Positions 1-10,886 are shown, counted from the stretch's first letter. The stretch is 64,000 nt of DNA from Gemmatimonadales bacterium (GCA_050733215.1 JBOHSN010000005.1:5322-69321), one strand, 5' to 3'. Made by a program: numbers and translations. The notes: generated by a model from the letters alone, not told the origin.

Positions 1-857
1 TCCGCCGCCGTCGGAGCTCACCGTGATCCGCTCGCGCGGGAGGCCCGCATCCCAGTAGCGGACCAGCGCGTCCGCGGCCCCCCATGCATCCTCATCCTCC
101 GCGACCAGAAACGCGGTGACGTCGATCGTCACGCCGCGGTCGGCCAGCTCCAATGCTTCCTCGAAGAGCCCGCGGCGCCGGTTCACGTGGGTGGGGTTGA
201 ACACCCGCGCCGGGATCTCGCTCCGGTCCAGCGCCTCCCGCACGAGGTCCAGTCCCCGCGGTCCGTCGCCCACGTGCAGATGCAGGATTCCTGCCTTGCC
301 GCTCATCAATCCGCCGACGTGCGCCTCGCTCGCCAGCCGGAGCAGCTCGTCGAGCGTCGGCTGACTGGAACGATGGTCGCTGACGGCGATCTCGCCGACG
401 CCGATGATCGCCTCCACCAGCGCGATGTCGCCGCGCACGGTGCCGGTGAGTGTCGTGGGCGGGAGATGATATCCGCCGGTATGGCAAAACGCGGTGAGGC
501 CGAGCCGATCGAGCCCGCGCGCGGTGGCGACCAGCTCGGCCGTGGTGCGGGTGACGTCGTCGGTGCCGAGCACCCCGATGGCGGTGGTGACGCCGGCGCG
601 GGTGATCGCACCGGAGGAGAGCGGGGGAACGCGGGTGTGCGGGCCGGCTTCGCCGCCGCCGCCGGTCAGGTGCGCGTGGCCGTCGATGAAGCCCGGGACC
701 ACGCGCCGGCCACCCAGATCGGTCTCTTCCGCCTCGAGCGCCGCCGGGAGGGCTGGGAGCTCGTCGCCGATCCAGACGATCCGCTCGCCGGCCACCACGA
801 GGTCCTGGAGGCCGCGCGGCTCCGGCGCGTAGACCTCGGCATTGCGGAGGAGGTGGA

Positions 858-861
<4 letters not shown>
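1..861 (-). CDS. iadA: isoaspartyl (beta-aspartyl) dipeptidase, amidohydrolase superfamily; C-terminal end lies beyond the window start
   Basis: Own reverse translation from GTG (859-861): [67 protein letters not shown]. This is collinear with E. coli IadA as I remember it. The frame stays open to nt 1, so it is absent from the ORF track. GTGA overlap with the stop of the upstream MCP gene. Confidence 0.8.
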
Positions 862-2150
<1,289 letters not shown>

Positions 2151-2247
2151 GCGCCTCCGAAGAGCGAATGGCAACGGAACGAGTGAAAAGCTAAAGGTTT
2201 GCGCGCATGCGGGGCAAGCGTGCTGCCGCGGAGGAGCCTCGGCCGGC

Positions 2248-2276
2248 TTGACCGCCCGCGGGTTCCGCCGTATATG
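2248..2276 (+). promoter_or_regulatory. candidate sigma70-type promoter for the TonB-dependent receptor gene
   Basis: TTGACC (2248-2253), a 17-nt spacer, then TATATG (2271-2276). This AT-rich hexamer is conspicuous in a GC-rich spacer about 105 nt upstream of ATG 2382. Confidence 0.4.
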
Positions 2277-2381
2277 ATTCCACGACAAACTTGTCGAGCC
2301 TGGGGCTCGCGCCGTAGCCTCTCCTGCATTCATCTCGCCAGCCACCGTTCGGGTATCGCGGCTTCCACTTGGGAGGTCTGC

Positions 2382-4916
2382 ATGTCAAAGCGTGCAGTGT
2401 CTGGGTTCCATACCTGGCTCCGTTCCGTCGCTCTGGCCGTCCTGGCCGCTCTCCTTCCCAGCATCACGACCGCGCAGCAGTCGGGTACAGTCACCGGAAC
2501 GGTGACCCGGGCCGAAGGCGGGGGCGCGCTGGCGGGCGTATCCGTATCGGTGCAGGGCACCGGCCAGACTACGGCCAGCCGTGGCGACGGCCGATACACG
2601 CTTCGCAACGTGCCCGCCGGCCCCCGGACCATCGTGTTCCGCTGGCTGGGGTATCGGCCCACTGAGCTGCCGGTGACGGTGGAACCCGGTGGGAGCGCTA
2701 CGCTGGATGCTGCGCTCGAGCCGGCGCCGGCGATCCTCAGCGACCTGGTGGTGCAGGGCGCCTCCCGCGCACCGGAGCGCATCGTCGAAGCGCCGGCGGC
2801 CATCTCGGTGGTCGAGCCCCGACTGCTCGAGGCCAACACGATTACCGGCCAGGTGCCGATGGCGCTGAAGGAAACGCCCGGCGTGGACCTGGTGCAGAGC
2901 GGCGTCAACGACTTCAACGTCAATACCCGCGGGTTCAACTCATCGCTCAACCGCCGCATGCTGGTGCTCCAGGACGGACGCGATCTCGCCATCGCGTTCC
3001 TCGGCTCGCAGGAGTGGAACACGCTCTCCGTTCCGCTCGAGGAGCTGGGACGCATCGAGGTGGTGCGCGGGCCGGGGTCGGCGCTCTACGGCGCGAACGC
3101 CTTCAGCGGCGTCATCGCGCTCACCACCCCGGCCGCGCGGGAGATCGTGGGGACCAAGCTCACGATCGGCGGCGGCGAGCTGGAGTCGCTCCGCGGCGAT
3201 CTGAGCCACGCCGGCGTCGCGGGCGGTGGACGGTTCGGCTACCGGGTGAACGGTGGCTACTACCGGAGCGACACGTTCACCCGCTCCCGGACGCTCCTCG
3301 ACCGCTCGAGCCTCGCGACGGAGTACGCGCCCGCTACCGACGCCGCCATCGGCCCGGCGCGGGAGGCACGGCCGCTCTCGGGGCAGACCCTCGACCCGGT
3401 GACCGGCGCGCCGCTGGGCGACCGCGACGACCTCCAGAACATCTACGGCTCGGCCCGGGTCGATTACTACACCCCTGGCGGCTCGGTGGTCAGCGCGGAC
3501 GGCGGCGCGGCCCGGGTGGAGAACGAAGTGCTCGTCACCGGCATCGGCCGGGTGCAGATTGAGAAGGCACTCCGTCCGTGGGCCCGGCTGGCCTGGGCCG
3601 GCGAGCGGTTCAATGTGTTCGGGTTCTGGAACGCACGCCGGACCCTCGATCCCCAGTTCTCGCTGGCGTCGGGCGCGCCGCTCCGCGAGACATCCGACAT
3701 CTTCCACGTGGAAGGGCAGACCAACTTCCGCTTCCTCGAGGAGCGGGGCCGGGTGGTGGTCGGGACGTCGTACCGGAACACCAACGTGGACACCGAGCTC
3801 ACCCTGATGGAGGCGGCGAACGACAACCGGAGCGACGATCTCTACGCGGGCTATGGCCAGGTGGAGTTCGACATCATTCCCAAGCTGAAGCTGGTCGCGG
3901 CGGCGCGCATCGACGACGGCACGCTGATCAGCACCCAGTTCTCGCCCAAGGGCGCCATCGTCTTCAGCCCGAACGAGAATCACTCCATCCGGGCGACAGT
4001 GAACCAGGCGTTCCAGACGCCCAACTACTCCGAGTTCTTCCTCCGGGTGGCGGCGGGCGCGCCGGCCAACTTCACCGCGCTCGAGACCGGGCTCCGGGCC
4101 TCAGCGCTCGGCCCGGCGCTCGCGGGCGTCCCGGTGGGGACGCTCTTTACCACGTCGGCGGCGGTGCCGGTGTTCGCCCGCGGCAACGCCGGGCTCGACG
4201 TCGAGTCCACCACCGGATACGAGCTGGGCTACAAGGGGGCGTTCGCGAACCGAGTGTATGTCACGCTGGATCTGTACTACAACGCAATCAGCGACTTCGT
4301 GACCGACCTCCTCCCCGGCGTGAATCCGGCGTACGGCCCCTGGACCGCGCCGGACGCCGTGCCGCCGCAGTTCCGGCCGGCGCTCGAGGCGGCGGTGCGA
4401 AACAGTCTCGCGCCGATCAACCCGATCGCCGCGGCGGGACTCACACGGGTGAATGGCAACACCGAGATCGTGCTGTCCTACACCAACGCCGGCCAGGTGG
4501 ACCAGTACGGCGCCGAGCTCGGTGTCGGTGTCCAGATTACCGACGAGGTCCGGGCGGACGGCTCGCTCAGCCTGTTCGACTTCGAGGTCGAGGCGGGCAG
4601 CCAGGCGGTGGGCGACCAGCTCCTGGCCAACACGCCCAGCACGAAGGGGACGCTGGGCGTCTCGTACACCGGGCGGCAGGGGCTCGACCTCGGCGCCAGC
4701 GTCCGGATCGTGGACAGCTACCAGTGGGCCGCGGGCGTGTTCGTGGGCGAAGTGCCCTCGAGTGAGTCGGTGGACGTGAACGCGGGGTACCGGATCAACC
4801 ACAACTTCCGGGTGTTCGCGCTGGCGACGAACGTGTTCGATCAGGAGCGGTATCACCTGTTCGGCGGGTCGGTGATCGGGCGGCGGGTGTTGGGCGGTAT
4901 CACCGTACAGTTCTAA
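2382..4916 (+). CDS. TonB-dependent outer-membrane receptor with N-terminal carboxypeptidase-regulatory-like domain
   Basis: ORF 2199..4916. Start set at ATG 2382 with GGGAGG at 2371-2376. Signal peptide, then [45 protein letters not shown], a plug region, a beta-barrel with alternating pattern, and C-terminal ..GGITVQF (terminal Phe). Confidence 0.9.
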   Translation: MSKRAVSGFHTWLRSVALAVLAALLPSITTAQQSGTVTGTVTRAEGGGALAGVSVSVQGTGQTTASRGDGRYTLRNVPAGPRTIVFRWLGYRPTELPVTVEPGGSATLDAALEPAPAILSDLVVQGASRAPERIVEAPAAISVVEPRLLEANTITGQVPMALKETPGVDLVQSGVNDFNVNTRGFNSSLNRRMLVLQDGRDLAIAFLGSQEWNTLSVPLEELGRIEVVRGPGSALYGANAFSGVIALTTPAAREIVGTKLTIGGGELESLRGDLSHAGVAGGGRFGYRVNGGYYRSDTFTRSRTLLDRSSLATEYAPATDAAIGPAREARPLSGQTLDPVTGAPLGDRDDLQNIYGSARVDYYTPGGSVVSADGGAARVENEVLVTGIGRVQIEKALRPWARLAWAGERFNVFGFWNARRTLDPQFSLASGAPLRETSDIFHVEGQTNFRFLEERGRVVVGTSYRNTNVDTELTLMEAANDNRSDDLYAGYGQVEFDIIPKLKLVAAARIDDGTLISTQFSPKGAIVFSPNENHSIRATVNQAFQTPNYSEFFLRVAAGAPANFTALETGLRASALGPALAGVPVGTLFTTSAAVPVFARGNAGLDVESTTGYELGYKGAFANRVYVTLDLYYNAISDFVTDLLPGVNPAYGPWTAPDAVPPQFRPALEAAVRNSLAPINPIAAAGLTRVNGNTEIVLSYTNAGQVDQYGAELGVGVQITDEVRADGSLSLFDFEVEAGSQAVGDQLLANTPSTKGTLGVSYTGRQGLDLGASVRIVDSYQWAAGVFVGEVPSSESVDVNAGYRINHNFRVFALATNVFDQERYHLFGGSVIGRRVLGGITVQF

Positions 4917-4929
4917 CAAGAGGCTGGCG

Positions 4930-5122
4930 GCTATCCGCTATCCGCTTGTTCACGCGGCCCTCCGATGTCCTTGACGTCGGGGGGCCGCGGTGCATCGTCC
5001 CGTGGATAGCGGATAGCGGATAGCGGATAGCGGATAGCGGATAGCGGATAGCGGATAGCGGATAGCGGATAGCGGATAGCGGATAGCGGATAGCGGATAG
5101 CGGATAGCGGATAGCGGATAGC
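4930..5122. repeat. tandem-repeat-armed palindrome A: 2 x GCTATCC, GC hairpin core, 17 x GGATAGC
   Basis: Left arm 4930-4943 (GCTATCC x2). Core 4954-4988 is GCGGCCCTCCGATG..CGTCGGGGGGCCGC, a 14-bp stem with G-U pairs. Right arm 5004-5122 is exactly 17 perfect GGATAGC heptamers (119 nt), ending 16 nt before the leuS ATG. Confidence 0.95.
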
Positions 5123-5137
5123 TGCTACATTTCCGCC

Positions 5138-7657
5138 ATGTCCAGCAGCCCGACTCCCGCCCGCTCCCGCCCGCTCCCGCCCGCTCCCGACCCGGGCGGT
5201 TACGATCCGACCGCCGTCGAAGCGAAATGGCAGGCCCGCTGGGCCGAGCAGCGCACCAACGAGCCCGATCTCGACGGCGCGGCGCGTCCGTTCTTCAACC
5301 TGATGATGTTCCCGTACCCCTCGGCTGAGGGCCTCCACGTCGGGAACATGTTCGCCTTCACCGGCAGCGACGCCTTCGGGCGGTTCCAGCGGCTGCGTGG
5401 TCATGACGTCTTCGAGCCGATCGGCTTCGACGCGTTCGGCATCCACAGCGAGAACTACGCGATCAAGGTCGGCATCAACCCGGCCGAGCTGATCCCGCGC
5501 AACATCGTGAACTTCCGGCGCCAGCTCGTCCGGATCGGCGGAATGTTCGACTGGTCGCACGCGCTCGCCACCACTGACCCCGCGTACTACAAGTGGACCC
5601 AGTGGATCTTCCTCCAGCTGCTGAAGGCGGGGAAGGCGTACCGAAAGGCTGCGGCGGTCAACTGGTGCCCCAGGGACCAGACCGTGCTCGCCAACGAGCA
5701 GGTCATCAACGGACGCTGCGAGCGCTGCGACACGCCGGTCGAGCAGCGGACGCTTGAGCAGTGGTTCTTCCGCATCACCGAGTACGCCGGCCGCCTGCTG
5801 GCCGACCTCGACGATCCGGCCAGGATGGACTGGTCCGACAGCACGGCCACCGCTCAGCGGAACTGGATCGGCCGGTCCGAAGGCGCCGAGATCGAGTTCA
5901 CGGTGGGCGGCGCGGAAGACCAGGCGGACGGCGCCTCCGACGAGCGGCGCATCCGCGTCTTCACCACCCGGCCGGACACGCTGTTCGGCGCCACGTTCAT
6001 GGTGCTCGCGCCCGAGCATCCGCTCCTGCTGGAGATCGTCACGCCCGAGCAACGCGCGGCCGTGCTGGCGTACCGTCAGGCCGCGCAGGCCAAGGACCTG
6101 GTCTCACGCAAGGTCGGCGACCGCGACAAGAGTGGCGTCTTCACCGGCGCGTTCGCGACCAACCCCGCCACCGGCGCGCTCATCCCCGTGTGGACCGCCG
6201 ACTACGTGCTCATGGAGTACGGCACCGGCGCCATCATGGCCGTGCCGGGCCACGACGAGCGCGACTTCGAGTTCGCGCGGAAGCACGGTCTCGAGATCGT
6301 TCGAGTGCTGGCGCCGGAGGGACAGCCGGCCAATGCGCCGCTCGAGGCCGCCGAGACCGAGACCGCCGGGTACCGGATGGTGAATTCGGGTCCGTTCAAC
6401 GGCCGGCCTGCGGATGCGGGCAAGCGCGACATCATCCGCTGGCTGGAGTCGTCAGGCCACGGCAAGGGTGTCGTGCAGTACCGGCTGCACGACTGGTGCA
6501 TCTCCCGCCAGCGGTACTGGGGCCCGCCGATCCCGATCATCTACTGCGAGCGCTGCGGCCCGGTGCCGGTCCCGGAGGAGGACCTGCCCGTACTGCTACC
6601 CGCGATCGACGACTTCCGCCCCGACGACACGGGTGTGTCGCCGCTCGCGCGGGTGAAGGAGTGGTACCACGTTGCCTGCCCGCAATGCGGCGGTCCCGCG
6701 CGCCGGGAGACCGACGTCTCCGACACGTTCCTCGACTCGGCGTGGTACTTCCTGCGCTACCCGAGCACGGACTTCGACGACCGGCCGTTCGATCCCGCGC
6801 GCACCCAGAAGTGGCTGCCGGTGGCCACGTATATCGGCGGCAACGAGCACGCCGTGCTCCACCTGCTCTACTCCCGCTTCATCACGATGGTGCTGCACGA
6901 TCTCGGCCATCTCGACTTCGACGAGCCGTACCGAACGTTTCGCGCGCACGGGCTGATCGTGAAGGACGGCGCGAAGATGTCCAAGTCGCGCGGCAACGTC
7001 GTCGTGCCCGACGACTACATCGCACGCTGGGGGGCCGACGCCTTCCGGATGTACCTGATGTTCCTGGGTCCGTTCCAGGAGGGCGGCGACTTCCGCGACG
7101 ACGGCCTCAACGGCCCGCGGCGGTTCCTCGACAAGCTGTGGGCGCTGGTGGGTCAGAGCCTGCGGGAGGATGCGGCGGGGGGTGAGATCCACCACCCCAT
7201 CCTGGTGAAGTGGCATCAGACCAGGAAGAAGGCGACGCACGACATCGAGCGGCTGAGCTACAACACCGCGATCGCCGCGCAGATGGAGCTGCTCAACACG
7301 ATGCGCGAGGCGAACTGCGCCGAGCGCGCCGTGGTCGAGGACATGGTGCTCATGGTAGCGCCGTTCGCGCCCCACTTCGCCGAGGAGTGCTGGGAGCGGC
7401 TCGGCCACGACGGCTCGATCTTCGACGGCCGCTGGCCCGAGTGGGACGAGGCGCTGACGGTGGAGGACACGGTCGAGATCGCGGTCCAGGTGAACGGCAA
7501 GACGCGGGGCAAGGTGACGGTGCGGCGGGACGCAAGCGAGGACGAGGCGGTGAAGGCGGCCAGCGCGGAACCGTCGATTCGGAAGTTCCTCGACGGGAAG
7601 ACGGTGAAGAAGGTGATCCTGGTTCCCAACCGGCTGCTCAATCTTGTGGTGCAGTGA
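5138..7657 (+). CDS. leuS: leucine--tRNA ligase
   Basis: 839-aa ORF. Motifs: YDPTAVEAKWQARW, HVGNMFAFTGSDAFGRFQRLRGHDV (HIGH-type motif), the editing domain, and GAKMSKSRGNVV (KMSKS). Confidence 0.97.
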   Translation: MSSSPTPARSRPLPPAPDPGGYDPTAVEAKWQARWAEQRTNEPDLDGAARPFFNLMMFPYPSAEGLHVGNMFAFTGSDAFGRFQRLRGHDVFEPIGFDAFGIHSENYAIKVGINPAELIPRNIVNFRRQLVRIGGMFDWSHALATTDPAYYKWTQWIFLQLLKAGKAYRKAAAVNWCPRDQTVLANEQVINGRCERCDTPVEQRTLEQWFFRITEYAGRLLADLDDPARMDWSDSTATAQRNWIGRSEGAEIEFTVGGAEDQADGASDERRIRVFTTRPDTLFGATFMVLAPEHPLLLEIVTPEQRAAVLAYRQAAQAKDLVSRKVGDRDKSGVFTGAFATNPATGALIPVWTADYVLMEYGTGAIMAVPGHDERDFEFARKHGLEIVRVLAPEGQPANAPLEAAETETAGYRMVNSGPFNGRPADAGKRDIIRWLESSGHGKGVVQYRLHDWCISRQRYWGPPIPIIYCERCGPVPVPEEDLPVLLPAIDDFRPDDTGVSPLARVKEWYHVACPQCGGPARRETDVSDTFLDSAWYFLRYPSTDFDDRPFDPARTQKWLPVATYIGGNEHAVLHLLYSRFITMVLHDLGHLDFDEPYRTFRAHGLIVKDGAKMSKSRGNVVVPDDYIARWGADAFRMYLMFLGPFQEGGDFRDDGLNGPRRFLDKLWALVGQSLREDAAGGEIHHPILVKWHQTRKKATHDIERLSYNTAIAAQMELLNTMREANCAERAVVEDMVLMVAPFAPHFAEECWERLGHDGSIFDGRWPEWDEALTVEDTVEIAVQVNGKTRGKVTVRRDASEDEAVKAASAEPSIRKFLDGKTVKKVILVPNRLLNLVVQ
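5151..5190. repeat. C-rich decamer array (CCGCTCCCGC x about 4) inside the leuS N-terminal extension
   Basis: cgactcccgc ccgctcccgc ccgctcccgc ccgctcccga. It encodes ..[15 protein letters not shown].., which lies before the conserved LeuRS core. Confidence 0.9.
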
Positions 7658-7749
7658 GCGGTAAGCGGTGAGCCGGCCAAACAAAGCGGGGGTCCGGTTC
7701 ACGCCGGATCTCCCCGCCTACCGCTCACCGCTCACCGCTTACCGCTCAC
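7654..7749. repeat. tandem-repeat-armed palindrome B: 3 x GTGAGCG, core, 5 x CGCTCAC; spans stop codon to stop codon
   Basis: Left arm 7654-7674 (gtgagcg gtaagcg gtgagcc) contains the leuS TGA (7655-7657). Imperfect GC core GCGGGGGTCCGG..GCCGGATCTCCCCGC. Right arm 7715-7749 (cgcctac cgctcac cgctcac cgcttac cgctcac) contains the stop (7746-7748) of the convergent oxidase gene. Confidence 0.95.
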
Positions 7750-8888
7750 CTCTTCGCCACCACCTCCGACACCGTGAAGAGCGACTGCATCCCCATATCC
7801 AGGTGTGGCGCCACGTGGCAGTGGAACATCCACACGCCCGGGTTGTCCGGCACCATGTCCGCCACCAGCATCTGCATCGCCATCAGGTGCACCATGTCGG
7901 TTCGCATGTGGTGCGCCACGACCGTCTGGCCGTGCCAGTGCGGCGTGTGGATCTCGAAATTCGAGTTGGCGAAGACGTACCAACGTACCCGCTCGCCCTT
8001 CTGCATCGTCAGTCCGGGGGTGTGCCCGAAGCTCAGCCCATTGATCGTCTCCCGCAGGTTGACCAGGTAGGCCGGATCGGCGAAGGTCACGTTCCGCGGC
8101 ACCTTGGCCGAGTCCGCGTAGGTCTTTGCGTTGTGCTCGAAGTACCAGCTCACGTTCTCGTCGAACTCACCGAACAGCGTCACGATCTCCCGGTCCACGT
8201 CTTTGGGCGTGCCGTCCGGACGGCTGCCGCCCTTGGCCGTGATGATCATCGGCCCGACCAGCCCCGCATTGACGTCCTTCCCCTCCTCGACATGCGAATG
8301 GTACATCCAGATGATCGAGCTGCCCTCCCCCGGCGCCGGACCCGCCCGCGCCGGTACCGGCCAGAGGTAGACGTGGGTCCCCCCGGCCGGCACGCCATCG
8401 TCCGCCTTGTCGGCGCCGCTGGTGCCGTCTGCGTACGGCGCACCTTCGGATGACTTCGTGTAGATGACGCCGTGCGGGTGCAGGCTGTAGGGATGGCTCG
8501 CGTTGTTCCGGAACACTACGCGGATGGTGTCGCCCACCTCGGCGCGGAGCAGCGGGCCGAGGATGCCGAGGTGCTCCCAGGCGGCCGGCCTCGGCTTGAC
8601 CGTGCTGAAGCCGCTGTCGGTGTACTCGCGGTAGATGGCCTTCTTGTACACCCGCCCGATCCGGTCCGGTGCGCTCGACGTGAGCACACTCTGGAAGCCC
8701 TCGAACGGGTGGCCGGTGATGGCGTTCGTGCCGCTCGGCGCGTAGTCCCACGCCACTTCCTCAGCGGCGACGTAATAGGTCCTGACGCGGCCGGCGGCGG
8801 GCAGATTCGCGGTGTACCAGCCCGCGATGGCCAGCGCGACGGCGCCGCCGGCGGCCAGGGCGACGAACGGGGCGATCCTGCGTGGCAT
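7746..8888 (-). CDS. multicopper oxidase, two cupredoxin domains, ceruloplasmin-like, N-terminal membrane anchor
   Basis: ORF 7746..8912. Start set at ATG 8888 (MPRRIAPFVALAAGG), with GGAGG upstream. Copper ligand motifs HPHGV, WMYHSHV, HTPHWHG and FHCHVAPHLDMGM (type 1 Cu site HCH..H..M). Confidence 0.85.
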   Translation of the reverse strand: MPRRIAPFVALAAGGAVALAIAGWYTANLPAAGRVRTYYVAAEEVAWDYAPSGTNAITGHPFEGFQSVLTSSAPDRIGRVYKKAIYREYTDSGFSTVKPRPAAWEHLGILGPLLRAEVGDTIRVVFRNNASHPYSLHPHGVIYTKSSEGAPYADGTSGADKADDGVPAGGTHVYLWPVPARAGPAPGEGSSIIWMYHSHVEEGKDVNAGLVGPMIITAKGGSRPDGTPKDVDREIVTLFGEFDENVSWYFEHNAKTYADSAKVPRNVTFADPAYLVNLRETINGLSFGHTPGLTMQKGERVRWYVFANSNFEIHTPHWHGQTVVAHHMRTDMVHLMAMQMLVADMVPDNPGVWMFHCHVAPHLDMGMQSLFTVSEVVAKR

Positions 8889-8929
8889 ATGGACCTCCAA
8901 GGATGCCGCCAAGATACGTCGCGGGGGCC

Positions 8930-9063
8930 GCTATGCGCTATCCGCTATCCGCCCTGGCCGCGGTCATCCCAAAACTGCCGCGACCACCGAGCGACGGCGG
9001 TGCGCGCGAATAGCGGATAGCGGATAGCGGATAGCGGATAGCCGATAGCGGATAGCCGATAGC
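8930..9063. repeat. tandem-repeat-armed palindrome C: 3 x GCTATCC, core, 8 x GGATAGC
   Basis: Left arm 8930-8950 (gctatgc gctatcc gctatcc). 57-nt GC core. Right arm 9008-9063 (gaatagc, ggatagc x4, cgatagc, ggatagc, cgatagc) ends at the stop of the VIT gene (9064-9066). Same heptamer as element A. Confidence 0.95.
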
Positions 9064-10179
9064 TCACAACCACCTAACCATCCATTCCCCGAGCACATAG
9101 CCCACCCCCGCTACGCCCAGCCCGACCACGAACATGTCCATGCCGCTCCGGATCACCCCGCGGCCGGTGAACGCGCTCCGGGCGGCGCCGACCGCGAAGT
9201 GCGACAGCATCGCGAGCGCGAACGCGGTCCAGATCGCCCAGCGTCCGGTGCTCACCAGGAACGGCGCGACCGGGATGAACGCGCCGAGCGCGGTGGCCGT
9301 CCCCGTGACCCACGCCTCGCGCATCGGACTGCCCGGCTCTCCCGCGATACCCAGCTCCTCCCGCGCCTGCTCGGCCAGCGCGCGGTCCGGATCCGACATC
9401 ACCTGCTCGGCGAGCGCGTGCGCCTGCGGCGGCCGGAGCCCCTTCGCCTGGTAGACCAGGCTCAGCTCCTCCCGCTCGAGCTCCGGCATCAGGCGGATCT
9501 CCTCGCGCTCCATGGACAGCTCGTGGTCCAGCACCTCCCGCTCACTCTTCGCCGCCAGGTAGCCCGAGCTTCCCATCGAGAGCGCGTCGGCCACCATCCC
9601 CGCCACGCCTGCTACGAGCACGGCGTGGCTCGCCTCGCCGAAGCCGGCCTGGGCGCCGATCATACCGGCCACGAGTCCGAAATTGGCGGTGAGGCCATCG
9701 TTGAAGCCGTAGACCACATTCCGGAGGATGCCGCCCGCCCCGTGCCGGTGCCATGGCTCGGGGCCCGCGCCGGTGATGGTGGCGAGGCGGTCGGCGTGCT
9801 GCTTCGACTCCCGCGCCAGCTGGAGGGCAGTGGGTCCCGCCGCCCCGTCGGGCTGGTCCCGGTACAGGTCCAGGTAGCCCTTCACCTCCCGACCCTCTTC
9901 CCGGAGCAGGAGCGGCAGGAGGAGCCGCCCCCCGAACCGGCGGGCGACCCAGGCTCGGAACCGGGCCCCGCCCGACGGCACCGGTTCGGGCGCGGAGTGC
10001 CCCTGCTCGGCCAGGAGCGCGCGCCAGGCGGCGACGTGCCGGTCCTCGACCCCCGCGAGCTGCCGGTAGATCTCCCGCCGGCCGGGGTCGGGCTCGACGC
10101 CGGCGAGCTCCCGGTAGAGGAAGGCGGCGTCGGCCTCATCCTGGAGGTGGTGGAGCCAGGCCGCGGGGGCGGGCGTCAT
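9064..10179 (-). CDS. VIT1/CCC1-family Fe/Mn transporter with N-terminal ferritin-like (rubrerythrin-type) domain
   Basis: 371-aa ORF. N-terminal EADAAFLYRELAG..EDRHVAAW, then LRNVVYGFNDGLTANFGLVAGMIGA and C-terminal TM helices typical of the VIT family. Confidence 0.85.
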   Translation of the reverse strand: MTPAPAAWLHHLQDEADAAFLYRELAGVEPDPGRREIYRQLAGVEDRHVAAWRALLAEQGHSAPEPVPSGGARFRAWVARRFGGRLLLPLLLREEGREVKGYLDLYRDQPDGAAGPTALQLARESKQHADRLATITGAGPEPWHRHGAGGILRNVVYGFNDGLTANFGLVAGMIGAQAGFGEASHAVLVAGVAGMVADALSMGSSGYLAAKSEREVLDHELSMEREEIRLMPELEREELSLVYQAKGLRPPQAHALAEQVMSDPDRALAEQAREELGIAGEPGSPMREAWVTGTATALGAFIPVAPFLVSTGRWAIWTAFALAMLSHFAVGAARSAFTGRGVIRSGMDMFVVGLGVAGVGYVLGEWMVRWL

Positions 10180-10191
10180 GCCTCGAAGTAT

Positions 10192-10287
10192 AGAAGAGCA
10201 GAAGAGCGGAAGAGCAGAAGAGCCGCTGGACGGCCCCGTGGAAGCGGTTCCATCCGCTCTTCGGCTCTTCCGCTCTTCTGCTCTTCC
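10192..10287. repeat. tandem-repeat-armed palindrome D: 4 x AGAAGAGC, core, 4 x GCTCTTCN (octamers)
   Basis: Left arm 10192-10223 (agaagagc agaagagc ggaagagc agaagagc). 32-nt core containing GGAAGCGGTTCC. Right arm 10256-10287 (gctcttcg gctcttcc gctcttct gctcttcc). It lies between divergent starts (VIT 10179, ECF sigma 10332). Confidence 0.95.
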
Positions 10288-10331
10288 AGGATTTGCGACT
10301 CTCCGTCCGCCCCCCGCATCTTTAACCCGTC

Positions 10332-10886
10332 ATGACACGTACGCTCTCCATGGACTCGTTTCTGCTCGCCGATGCCCGGAGCGTCGTCGCCCAGGCCAAG
10401 GCGGGCGACCCCGCCGGCTTCGAGGCCCTGTACCGCGCGTTTGAAGCCCCCGTCTACAACCTGTCCCGCCGGATCTGCCGCACCGCGGAGGATGCCGAGG
10501 ACGTGCTCCAGGAGACCTTCCTCGAGGTTTGCCGGAGCATCGGGCAGTACCGGGAGGACGGCAGCCTCTGGGGCTGGGTTCGCACCATCGCCGCGAGCAA
10601 AGCGCTCATGCGGCTCCGCCGAAACAAGTATCGGGATACCGACGAGTTGCACGACGAGGTCGTGGGCCGGGTGCGGGATGATTACCACCTCCGGATGGAC
10701 CTCGAGGCCGCGCTCGAGCGGCTGCCCGAGGTGTCCCGGGCCGTGGTCTGGCTCCATGATGTCGAGGGATATACCCACGAGGAAATCGCCGGCATGATGG
10801 GCAAGACCACGAGCTTCTCCAAGTCCCAGCTCGCCCGGGCGCACGGACGGCTGCGCCGGTGGTTGGGGGAGGAGTCCGTCGCATGA
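10332..10886 (+). CDS. ECF-type RNA polymerase sigma-70 family factor
   Basis: 184-aa ORF. Region 2: AEDAEDVLQETFLEVCRSIGQYREDGSLWGWVRTIAASKALMRLRR. Region 4: VVWLHDVEGYTHEEIAGMMGKTTSFSKSQLARA. The start could instead be ATG 10350. Confidence 0.9.
   Translation: MTRTLSMDSFLLADARSVVAQAKAGDPAGFEALYRAFEAPVYNLSRRICRTAEDAEDVLQETFLEVCRSIGQYREDGSLWGWVRTIAASKALMRLRRNKYRDTDELHDEVVGRVRDDYHLRMDLEAALERLPEVSRAVVWLHDVEGYTHEEIAGMMGKTTSFSKSQLARAHGRLRRWLGEESVA

Noticed and set aside
2151-2381. Cobalamin or other riboswitch upstream of the TonB-dependent receptor
   Set aside because: I could not find a B12-box-like core or other conserved riboswitch motif by eye. Only a plausible promoter was found. An Infernal scan would be decisive.
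4931-6052. 373-aa minus-strand ORF whose C-terminus reads (AIRYPLS)n
   Set aside because: The heptapeptide-like repeat is just the GGATAGC heptamer array read in three phases. The rest is antisense to leuS.
4930-9063. CRISPR array hypothesis for the regularly repeated short units
   Set aside because: Units are 6-10 nt and directly abutting, with no spacers. No cas genes are present. The arrays occur as inverted pairs.
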